A program made the translations under genes and the position numbers. A stretch of DNA of 62,482 nucleotides, counting the filler, from Kipferlia bialata (lineage: Eukaryota): the NCBI GenBank assembly GCA_003568945.1. It is 3 parts of 3 records of this genome, joined end to end, with 100 filler letters (N's around TTAATTAATTAA, not from the genome) between each part and the next. Parts side by side here need not be neighbours in the genome. Positions count along the whole stretch, not along the records: positions 27,695 to 55,275 come from BDIP01000167.1; positions 55,376 to 62,482 come from BDIP01000213.1; 1 more part is not named here. The stretch is one strand, 5' to 3'. Under the pieces are notes generated by a model. That model was not told where the DNA came from. It saw nothing but the letters and a program-made list of their open reading frames with translations, and did not search any database. The first letter of the stretch is position 1; each line of letters opens with the position of its first letter. Of this stretch, positions 51,801-62,482 are shown piece after piece.

Positions 51801-54800
51801 AGGGAGAGAGAGTACAGTGAGGAGAGGGAGTCTTTGCAGAGAGAGAGAGAGGCTGAGAGGGATGAGCTGCTAGAAGTTGCCAGACTGGAGAGAGAGAGAC
51901 TGGTATCAGAGGCAGACAGGGAGAGAGAGAGGGCCGAGGATGGGGAGAGAGAGATAGAGGCACTGAGGGTGTCGAGAGGCAGAGACACCCAGGACTCTGC
52001 TGCTCTGAGGGAGAGAGAGAGAGATCTTGCGTCTCTTAGGACTCAGTATGAGGCTATGGTAGAGGATTGCGAGAGGGAGAGGGAGGAGAGGCAGAGAGAG
52101 AGAGAGGGCAAGGAGGATGCTGTCCAGGCCCTGTCTGCCATGAGGGTGGAGTGTGCAAGGCTCGAGGTATGGGGCCACTCATCATGTGACTGTATATATA
52201 TATATACGTATACCTCTGTTTTGCTTGGTATATACCCCCCTGCCCACCCCAGGATGCTGTCGCTGCGGCATGTGACGAGAAGGAGGAGGCACAGGCACAG
52301 CAGCAGGTACGATGTATTATACACATAGTAGGGTTCATAATACTTTCCCAGTCCCATTTGTCCTCATGTATCCACTTGCATACACCCACCCCCAGAATGC
52401 CGAGGAGTCTCTATCCATACTGACTGAACTGGCAAAGAGACAGGTATGGACATACACGTAATTCACAGTGTTTGACATACTCTTCCACTCAGCAAACCTC
52501 CCAATCTTCTAGTTCCCTCTCATCCTCTAACGAGTCAGGGTCGTGTGACAGCTGCCGAGGCCCCGTCTGTGGAGTGTGACATGCTACAGACAGAGCTAGA
52601 CACAGTCAACGATGACCTGATGGCCACCACAGAGCTACTGGCACAGGTGGGTGTGTATGTATTTCTATGTATATGTGGACAGGTGTCGATATATATAGTA
52701 GCGACACGTGGTTACACGGACCGTCCCATTCCCGGTTATGTATGTATATATAGGAGTATTACCCCCCTCACCCGCCAGGCCACTGCGGAGAGGGACTCTG
52801 CCCTTGCCAGGGTGGGTGCCAAGGAGAGAGAGGTGGCAGAGGCATGGGCAGAGAGAGAGGTGCTGACACAGGCCCTGGAGAGAGAGAGAGAGAGGGTGGG
52901 TGCACTCAGAGCAGACATCGCAAGAGAGGAGAGGGAGAGAGAGAGAGAAAGGGAGGATGCACAGAGGCAGGAGAGACAGGCCCAGAGAGAGAGGGAGAGA
53001 GGTACAGTAGAACATGGATACAGTGCATGGAATACTGACTCTCCACTATTTCATCCATCTCTCTCTCTCTTAACCCCAGCTGCAGAGCGTGTCAAGGGTC
53101 TACAGACACAGGTTGAGAGGGAGAGAGACCGGGCAGAGAGGGAGAGAGAGGGCGAGGGCGAGGCCTCTGCCAGGTGCAGAGACCTGGAGGCACAGGTGGA
53201 CGCACTCCAGAGAGAGGTGTGTGCATATATATATATATATATCTATATGCGAACATTGCACGCACTATACACTCTCTTTACCTCTCTACCCCCAGGTACA
53301 GTCTCTGGGTAGGGCCGCTGTCAAGAGGGAGGGACAGATGGCCAAGGGTGGAGACGGGGAGGTATACATGATATGGGGTATATCGAATGTGTTTTCAGTC
53401 TCTCTCTTCCCCCTCACCCTAGGGTTCCGACCCCTCTCTAGTCCAGTCTCTGAGACAGGAGGTCGCCAGGGTACGGTGTGGTCATTGATAGTGTTGTGTC
53501 CTTGTGCATTCCTCTTTCTATGAGCACTCTGCACCGGCACTCACTCCCTATCCCCATTGCCTCACCCCAGCTCTCTGCCCTGTCTGCCTCTTGGTCTGAC
53601 CAGGAGAGGCGCCTGCTGGGGCAGCTCAAGCAGACACAGGTACATCGGGGTATATGCGTATATGTGTGTGTGTGCTCTGATTGCCATATACATATATATA
53701 CGCCAACCCTAGGAGGAGCTGTCTGCCCAGCAGGCCATGTCCAGACGGGCACTGGCCAGAGGGGCATTACTGGGGACACCTAGGTGTGTGTGGGTATATC
53801 AATACATAAAGAGAGAGAGAGTGATGGGGGGAGAGAGAGAGGGAGAGGTGGCACTAGCCATGGTGGTGGGAAGGAATATACTACAGCCAACGTGAAAGAA
53901 ATACACCTCCGACCCCAGGTCCACGCAGATGAAGAGACCCGCTGTGTCCAGCAGTGCAGTGAGGACATTCGGTGGGTGGTACAGTGTATACACACACACA
54001 CACACCGTCTTTCCCTGTCTCTCACCCCAGCCCCCCCTCAGATGACGACACCACTAGTACGGGGAGGGCTCAACCCCACACCCGTTGCCCCCCCCATCCC
54101 CCCCACCCCCACCTCCTACGGCACCCCTGTCTCTATGTTCGAGGGTGCCGACAGTGAGTCTGATGCGTCTGAGTCCATGCCCCCCATCACACCCATGCAC
54201 CCACCTAGGAGGCAGAGGCAGAGGCAGAGGCAGAGGATGATGACCTCAGACTCTGACAGTGACAGTGAGAGTGACAGTGACTCTGATGCCGATGATGTCG
54301 TGATTGAGGCTGATGATGATGTGTACTCACCCGTGGTGCAGAGACAGAGACCCCAGAGAGGGAGGGGGAGAGTGGCATACACCGCACCCAAGAGACACAG
54401 CACCAGAGCGGCGGCTCAGAAGGCCAACGAGGTATGACACATATGTATGTGCATATATACTGGATACCTCACATATCCTCTCCCTCTCTCCCTCCCCTCA
54501 CCCCTCACCCCTCACCCCCCAGAGGCTGGAGGAGGCTCTTGTAGGCCACCCCCGTGCACACACATCAGATGCCACTGACCCTGTGTATGAGGGATCCCCC
54601 ATACCCGTGGCAGTCAGGGGGGGCAGGGGTACCAAGGCCAAGACCAGGACCAGGACCAGGGGCAGACCGAGGAGGGCAGGGCTCTCAACCAGTAGGTGGG
54701 TCGGATATGTATGCATGTACACACACACACATTTCTTGTAACTGACCCTCCAGGTTCACCAACCGTGTGCACACCCCACCCACCTCTCGGGACATGATAT

Positions 54801-54907
54801 CAGCAGCCCATATCGATAGGGAGAGTGAGAGTGAGGGGGAGGAGGAGGAGTCCCCTGAGGTGGTGGTCAGACCCAGGAGGCAGAGGCGGAGGGGGGTGCA
54901 CCACTAG
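46586..54907 (+). CDS. N-terminal-motor kinesin (kinesin-6-like, divergent) with long coiled-coil stalk and disordered S/T-P-rich tail
   Basis: KILCRVRP, FTFTQVL, P-loop MAYGITGSGKTHTIQ|GTKKDEGILPR, ISVLELYCNSCYDLL, switch I NLHSSR|SHLV, switch II LFDLAGSE and PVFRESLLTRLLQ. E/R-rich coiled-coil exons lie at about 50250-53780. Ends ...RRQRRRGVHH with TAG at 54905-54907. Confidence 0.92.
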
Positions 54908-55220
54908 AGAGAGAGAGAGAGAGAGAGAGTCGGGCACACAGTAGAGTGACGCCCTGATACTCAGCCTCTAACCTTCATTATCGTTGTGTGTTGTTTGATG
55001 TGTAGTAAATGCTCTGCTTTAGATGGTGATGTTTGTACCTCGAGAGTCTATACAAGTATACCAAGTTGCAATGCCATCTTTCAAATGAATACATCCACAC
55101 ACTTAGACACTTCATGAGTCACAACCAAACAACAAGGAAAGAGTCAGAACAATTTATGAGCTTGACGCACTCAGATTCAGATTGTACAGCATGGGTATTC
55201 TATCATGCAATGCTTATAAC

Positions 55221-55275
55221 TTAAGCGATGAGTCCGGCGTAGACATCCTGCTCGATGCCGCACTCGTTGGATCCA
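55221..55275 (-). CDS. C-terminal end of a papain-family (cathepsin B-like) cysteine protease; rest in the gap
   Basis: The minus strand reads GSNECGIEQDVYAGLIA-TAA, matching the C1A terminal motif RG.NECGIE....AG. Confidence 0.75.
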
Positions 55276-55375
55276 NNNNNNNNNNNNNNNNNNNNNNNNN
55301 NNNNNNNNNNNNNNNNNNNTTAATTAATTAANNNNNNNNNNNNNNNNNNNNNNNNNNNNNNNNNNNNNNNNNNNN
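55276..55375. other. Assembly gap with artificial TTAATTAATTAA spacer; true size must exceed 100 nt
   Basis: It would have to hold most of a protease gene and the first CDK exons. Confidence 0.9.
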
Positions 55376-55415
<40 letters not shown>

Positions 55416-55450
55416 ATCCCTCTCTTTCCCCTTGTCTCCCTTATGTCCAG

Positions 55451-55695
55451 GTAGAGCCGTTGCTCTCAAGAGGATCAGACTAGAGTCCTCAGATGAGGTG
55501 TGTTCGCAAACATTTTTATATATGTGTGTGTGTATTCCTTACATACACATATCATAGACTATAATAATACATACTTCTATGTATATACTGAACATCCACA
55601 CATGTGTTGATATATACTCGAGGTCTCTCATGACGTCTCTCTCTCTCTCTCTCTCTATACCCCCTTCTGTTCACCCCCAGGGTGTCCCATCCACA

Positions 55696-55732
<37 letters not shown>

Positions 55733-55804
55733 ACCCTTTTCTCACCCCCAGGGTGTCCCATCCACAGCCATCAGGGAGATTGCACTGCTCAAGGTATGGA
55801 TGTG

Positions 55805-55850
<46 letters not shown>

Positions 55851-56269
55851 TTTCACTGCTCAAGGTATGCCCCTGCTCTGTATCTGCATATATATATATA
55901 CATTTATGCATATACGCATATACGCATGTAGACACACATTTATATATACATCATATGGAGTGATAGGACACTCATCTTCTCACCTTATGTGTGTGTGGTA
56001 TTGTGTGGGTGTATGTATCTCACCCCAGCGGTTGAAGCACCCCAACATCAGTATCAGTATCAGTATCAGTATCAGCATATAGTGAATGTAGTTATATATA
56101 ATAAGGTATGTATATATATATTATGGTATGGTATGTATCTCACCCCAGGAGTTGAAGCACCCCAACATCGTGGACCTGCTGGAGGTGAGATATATATGTG
56201 TATAAATATGTATATATGTGTGTGATGTATTTATGTATATATATATATGTGATGTATATATATTAACCC

Positions 56270-56304
<35 letters not shown>

Positions 56305-57959
56305 TGGGCCTGCTGGAGGTGAGATATATAAGTGTGTATTAATATGTGATGTATTCACACACATTATATTTGCATGTACCTACTGGAGAGATCACATTAC
56401 ATAGTGTATCTATTCCATGTGTTCTTATACACACTCTCACCCCCAGGTCGTGCACTCTGAGGACTAACTCTGACCTCTGCAAATATGACATATATATATA
56501 CTAACGTGATACTCTATATGAATACTCTAACTGCCTCACAGGTATTATAGATATCAATAATTGTTTATATACATGTACTCTTATACTATATATATATATA
56601 ATTATTAGTATGTTACTCTGAGCCCCAGGTCGTGCACTCTGAGGACAAGCTGACCCTGGTGTTTGAGTTTGTGGACCAGGACCTCAAGGTTCATGTTTTC
56701 TCTCTCCCCCTCTATTTCTCTTTCTCTCTCCCTCTACACCCTTATTGCAGGTGTTGATGGATGCCAAGCACACATTCTCTCTCTCTCTCCCNNNNNNNNN
56801 NNNNNNNNNNNNNNNNNNNNNNNNNNNNNNNNNNNNNNNNNNNNNNNNNNNNNNNNNNNNNNNNNNNNNNNNNNNNNNNNNNNNNNNNNNNNNNNNNNNN
56901 NNNNNNNNNNNNNNNNNNNNNNNNNNNNNNNNNNNNNNNNNNNNNNNNNNNNNNNNNNNNNNNNNNNNNNNNNNNNNNNNNNNNNNNNNNNNNNNNNNNN
57001 NNNNNNNNNNNNNNNNNNNNNNNNNNNNNNNNNNNNNNNNNNNNNNNNNNNNNNNNNNNNNNNNNNNNNNNNNNNNNNNNNNNNNNNNNNNNNNNNNNNN
57101 NNNNNNNNNNNNNNNNNNNNNNNNNNNNNNNNNNNNNNNNNNNNNNNNNNNNNNNNNNNNNNNNNNNNNNNNNNNNNNNNNNNNNNNNNNNNNNNNNNNN
57201 NNNNNNNNNNNNNNNNNNNNNNNNNNNNNNNNNNNNNNNNNNNNNNNNNNNNNNNNNNNNNNNNNNNNNNNNNNNNNNNNNNNNNNNNNNNNNNNNNNNN
57301 NNNNNNNNNNNNNNNNNNNNNNNNNNNNNNNNNNNNNNNNNNNNNNNNNNNNNNNNNNNNNNNNNNNNNNNNNNNNNNNNNNNNNNNNNNNNNNNNNNNN
57401 NNNNNNNNNNNNNNNNNNNNNNNNNNNNNNNNNNNNNNNNNNNNNNNNNNNNNNNNNNNNNNNNNNNNNNNNNNNNNNNNNNNNNNNNNNNNNNNNNNNN
57501 NNNNNNNNNNNNNNNNNNNNNNNNNNNNNNNNNNNNNNNNNNNNNNNNNNNNNNNNNNNNNNNNNNNNNNNNNNNNNNNNNNNNNNNNNNNNNNNNNNNN
57601 NNNNNNNNNNNNNNNNNNNNNNNNNNNNNNNNNNNNNNNNNNNNNNNNNNNNNNNNNNNNNNNNNNNNNNNNNNNNNTTATTATATATCTCTCTCCCTCT
57701 GCACCCTTATTGCAGGTGTTGATGGATGCCAACCATGGCAGGTTGAGCAGCAGGCTGGTCAAGAGCCTCATGTACCAACTCCTGAGGTATGAAGGAGATG
57801 AAATTATAAGATATACATATGTAGATATATTTGAATTTATGTACTATATATAGTACCTATCAATATATATATAGACAATGGCAGCAGGCTGGTCAAGAGC
57901 CTCATGTACCAACTCCACAGGTATATTCACACACACTATATTGTATATGCCTCTCTCTC

Positions 57960-57996
<37 letters not shown>

Positions 57997-58055
57997 ACAC
58001 CCTTATTACATGTCTCTTACCTCAGGGGCACTGCCTACTGTCACAACAGAAGATC

Positions 58056-58107
<52 letters not shown>

Positions 58108-61098
58108 ACACCCTTATATCCCAGGGGCACTGCCTACTGTCACAACAGACGGGTGCTGCACAGAGACCTCAAGCCTCAGGTTCATATATCAGTATGCTCT
58201 ATAATATATACTATATAGTACAGGGTATATATAGATATAGTACATGATATATAAACGTATGTCATCAATGGAAGGGTATCAGTATCAGTATCTAATAGTT
58301 GTATAGTATAGTACAATGAGTACCTAGCAACCATGTATATATAGTGCACAGTATATGTAGTTTACGGATATCAGCAGACGGGTGCTGCTGATATACTCTT
58401 CACTATACTCTATATATAGGTATACTTACAGACAGCTCTGGTGTTAATAGCTGCTTTTCTCTCTCTCACTCTCTCTCTCCCTACACCCTCATTGTCAGAA
58501 CCTCCTCATCTCTGCCAAGGGAGAGCTCAAGCTGATCTTTCTCTCTCTCTCTCTCTCTCTCTCCCTGGACCCTTATTGTCAGAACCTGCTCATCTCTGCC
58601 AAGGGGGAGCTCAAGCTGGCAGACTTTGGACTGGCCAGGTATACAAACACATATATACATATGGGTTCAGATATGATATATACATAGAAATATGCAATGG
58701 TAGTATCAAGCTGGCAGACTTTGGACTGGCCAGGTATATGAGTACATATATCCATATATACATATGGGTTCAGATATGATATATATATATTTATATATAA
58801 TGAATGTGGCAAGCTGGCAGACTTTGGACTGGCAAGGTATGAGTATAGTATATAAGAATATTACATATGTAAGATAGTATGAATACATGCTATGCTGCTG
58901 ATACTCACCCCAGGGCCTTTGGCATCCCAGTCTCAGGTCCAGTATTCTTTACCAGATAGTATCTGTATATATACTCATACTTATTTACCCACGATACTCA
59001 CCCCAGGGCCTTTGGCATCCCAGTCCGGTCATACACACACGAGGTTTGTTATAGTACATAGAAATTTATATATGTATAAATATAACCGGTACAGCGCTAT
59101 ATGTATACTAAACATATACTATTATATATATGTATGTATACTACTGTGTTTAGTCCGGTCATACACACCCGAGGTATGTGCACAGTGCTGCTATACACTC
59201 TAGTTACCGTATGGTTTAGTGCTACAGATTGTAAACATGATATCCTTCGGACTCTTAGGTTGAGTTGTATATACTTATACTACCCCTAGTGTATAATATA
59301 CCCCTTGGCTTCGAAATAGAGAATTCTACTCCCTGGTATGTATTGAATGTACTATATCCCATCTGACCTCTAGGTTGTGACACTCTGGTACAGGGCCCCA
59401 GAGGTGCTGCTAGGTATAGCCACTGTGCTTATATATATATTATAGTATTGTAATACAGACTCGGTTCCATATAAGATCTATACTAGCTGTCACATCTGTT
59501 AATATGGACACTCTCCGCTCTCTCTCTCCCCCTCTACACCCTTATATCAAGGATCTCGTACCTATGGCACCGCTGTGGATATATGGAGCATCGGGTGCAT
59601 ATTCGCAGAGTGTGTCATGGGGAGGCCCCTGTTCCCAGGTATTTACTCTGGTATATACATATAGTATATATACCTATATAGTATTCATTGTGTATATTCA
59701 ATGTGCCATACATCGGTATATATATAAATATATTCGCAGAGTGTGTCATGGGGAGACCCCTCTTTCCAGGTGGGTATATATGAATTCATATACATATACC
59801 GTCATATACATATAGGTGTACACAATATTCAATACATATATATATATACTCATTTTCACTTATATATATATATATATGTTCGCAGAGTGTGTGATGGGGA
59901 GGCCCCTCTTTCCAGGTATGCATTGGTATAGATAGATATATTCACTATACTATATATATAGTACAATGTATATATATGTGTGTGTATGTATATGCGCAGG
60001 GTGTGTGATGGGGACCCCTGTTCCCAGGTATATACTATGATATATACTATACATATAGTATATATACATATACCTATATATCTGAATTTATGACACAACT
60101 AATTCCTGTATACACTTATGAGTCAACATTGGTATATGTATAGCATAAGCTCTGTGTGGTATTGTGACATATATATATATAAATATATATATATGCATAT
60201 ATATATGTATGTGTATGTATTACCCTTATTCCAGGCAAGAGTGAGAGGGATGAGCTCATGACAACATATCTCTGTGCAATGCTATTCCTTATACATATAT
60301 GTATATGTTTCTATCACATATGTATACCCTATTGTATATGTACCTAACACCAGGCAAGAGTGAGAGGGATGAGCTCATGAGGATATTCAAGCTGATGGGG
60401 ACACCAGATGCATCGGTCTGGCCAGGCATGTATTGAATGTATATATATATATACTACTATGCTATATATACTACTATATTATATACTATATACTACTGTG
60501 CTATATATACATATATATAGCAGATTGTATATATACTTTCTCTCTACACCCTTTAGTCACGCTGATGGGGACACCAGACGCATCGGTGTGGCCAGGTATA
60601 TAGTATATACTAATATACTATATACTAATATGCTATATATACACAAATGTCATAAAATATATATACTATATATACTCTCTCTCTCTCCCTCTAGCCCCTT
60701 ATACCAGGCATCTCCCAGCTGCCAGAGTACCAGTCCAACTACCCAGTGTTTGTGTGCAGGCCAGGTATACATATTATCATGTGTGTATCAATAATAGTAT
60801 ATAGGTATGTATAATTGTATAGACACAAATAATGATGTGTATACCATACCAGTGCTTGTGTGCAGACCAGGTATGTTGGATGCTTACTATATATATATGC
60901 ATACCTGTATGTATGTGCTATGATGGAATACATTATATACTGGTCTCCTCTTGTATCAAGCGTCCCTCCTCTTACCCCTGTATCTCTCTCTCTGTCTGTC
61001 TCTCTCCCTTCTCCCCTTACCCCCAGTCAGCAGCTACCTGCCTGACCTGGGTGACAGTGGCAGGGACCTCTTCTTGAGGTAATGGTTTATATACAGTG

Positions 61099-61132
<34 letters not shown>

Positions 61133-61969
61133 ACATAACTATATATATATATATCTGCCTGACCTGGGTGACAGTGGCAGGGACCTCTTCTTGAGGTACT
61201 TCTCTCTCTCTCTATATCTATATGAATGTATGTATGTATACATACTTGTATGCCTCTCTATCTATATATGTGCCTGACCTGGTAGGGACCTGTTCCTCAG
61301 GTATTGAAGTATATATATATATACAGATATATAAGTAAATACATTATTGATAGTCTATATATATGGGTGTGTGTGTATGGATGTGGGTGACAGTGGTAGG
61401 GACCTCTTCCTCAGCTAGTCTCCATATTCCAATGTCATCTACACGTATCCACAGGATACAATTAGTATATATCCAACCCTTAGGATGATCTCTCTCTCTC
61501 TCTATACATATACACCATATTTCTAACCCTCAGGATGATGGAGTATGACCCTGCCAAGAGGATCTCTCTCTCTCTCTCTCTCTCCTTCTCTCTCCGTATA
61601 TACATATATACTATATATCTTATACATATATATCTTATACCCAGGATGATGGAGTATGACCCTGCCAAGAGGATCAGTGCCAGGGCAGCACTCAACCACC
61701 CATTCTTCGGTAAGTATGTATTTACGTATTAATATGAATGGATAGTAGGTATATAGAGATCTATTGTTGACTGTGTATAGTGTTGTGTCCATTAGTGTGT
61801 ATATGGAGTGCCTCACCCTCAGATGACTTCGTCAGTATATATACTATAATATTACGGTATTAACGTATGTATATGTGTGTGGAGGATCTATGCTTGACTG
61901 TGCATAGTGTATAGTGGGTGTACATGATCTGTCTCACCCTCAGATGACCTCGTCAACAAGCCAGAATAG
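55451..61969 (+). CDS. cdc2: PSTAIRE cyclin-dependent kinase (CDK1/CDK2/cdc2 family), 5' partial, 14 visible exons
   Basis: Exons 55451-55497 ([13 protein letters not shown]), 55752-55793 ([14 protein letters not shown]), 56149-56184, 56629-56688, 57716-57786, 58125-58179 (HRDLKPQ), 58583-58638 (NLL...ADFGLAR), 59007-59043 ([12 protein letters not shown]), 59374-59413 ([13 protein letters not shown]), 59552-59638, 60354-60425, 60708-60764, 61027-61078, 61645-61709 ([13 protein letters not shown]), plus a final short exon 61944-61969 carrying the stop. Confidence 0.96.
55676..61835 (+). repeat. Intronic half-exon duplicates flanking almost every CDK exon
   Basis: Acceptor-side copies start near 55681, 56029, 56447, 56751, 58026, 58499, 58914, 60235, 61534 and 61823. 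Donor-side copies end near 55864, 56318, 57920, 58733, 58835, 59173, 59769, 59915, 60027, 60595, 60870, 61195, 61300 and 61414. Confidence 0.92.
56792..57677. other. Scaffold gap inside a CDK intron
   Basis: N run. The flanking exons (DQDLK|VLMDAN) join in frame, so no exon appears to be missing. Confidence 0.9.
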
Positions 61970-62482
61970 GAGGGGGAGAGAGAGAGAGAGAGAGAGAGAG
62001 TGGGAGAGTAAGCGAGGACATGTTGAGAAGTGTAGATAGAGGGGAGGGGAGAGAGAGAGAGAGGACACTGGTCTAGGAGAGAGAGAGATAGAGAGAGATC
62101 AGGTTTGACGAGGTCATGTACATATCACGCTGATATGATGGTGTTTCTAAAGTAGCAATGGAAATAGATACCAGAGTTGATAGTGGAGTTTCCCTACATG
62201 TGAGTGTAAGCGAGGAACAGAGAGGGTCGACCGCTGTATCAATGTTGTCATGAGGCACTTATCTCGCAGTCCGAGTGGTTCATTGAGGACGTATCACCTA
62301 TCTCTATTTGATGCACAATACAAAGTAATACACAGTCATTCATTGTCCGCGTAACATCTCAAAATGGATGCCAGAACACAAACCCAGTGTTGTGGATAAA
62401 TGGTGGATATGCGATGGTGTGGCACCCTGGGGGGGGGGAGAGAGAGGTGATGTGTGAACAGAACACTCCAGGGACTCCTCCC

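Noticed and set aside
58583..58840. Repeat-spacer-like pattern (caagctggcagactttggactggc x3, and similar triplets elsewhere) as a CRISPR array
   Set aside because: The repeats are pieces of eukaryotic exons ending in splice donors, the spacers are irregular TA-rich intron sequence, and there are no cas genes.
46586..61969. Kinesin and CDK as a mitotic gene cluster
   Set aside because: They are separated by a protease gene fragment and a gap of unknown size, so adjacency is unsupported.
62338..62427. Possible terminal exon of a minus-strand gene entering from the right edge
   Set aside because: An acceptor-like cccccag is present, but the frame is ambiguous and no motif is recognisable.

Overview
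Intron-rich eukaryotic genomic DNA from a scaffold with four N-gaps. Introns are GT-AG, and the branch-point-like motif sits almost against the 3' splice site (CTCAC/CTGAC/TTAC-CCC(C)AG). Introns are rich in (CT)n, (TA)n and poly-C. This resembles an intron-rich metamonad such as Kipferlia; the taxon is my inference. Hand-splicing gives about 14 genes or gene fragments, in order: a MIB/HERC2-repeat protein (-), a SPA/Afi1-type DENN-like plus helical-repeat protein (+), a type I membrane protein (+), a large unknown membrane protein (-), a 69-aa Cys/His-rich acidic microprotein (-), a long coiled-coil protein with a basic tail (+), the first exon of a probable IscA with an organelle presequence (+), a short unknown fragment (-), a very large ARM/ConA-like protein (+), a 116-aa secreted double 6-Cys protein (-), a degenerate PIN/XPG-like protein (+), a kinesin (+), the 3' end of a cathepsin B-like protease (-) and a PSTAIRE CDK (+). 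The most striking signal is in the introns of the ARM gene and the CDK gene. They are packed with tandem half-exon copies: exon 3' end plus donor downstream of the true exon, or acceptor plus exon 5' end upstream of it. Most lack a partner splice site, yet at the best loci they differ from the true exon almost only by synonymous changes, and they tend to decay with distance from the exon. A haplotype-chimera assembly artefact cannot be excluded from the sequence alone.
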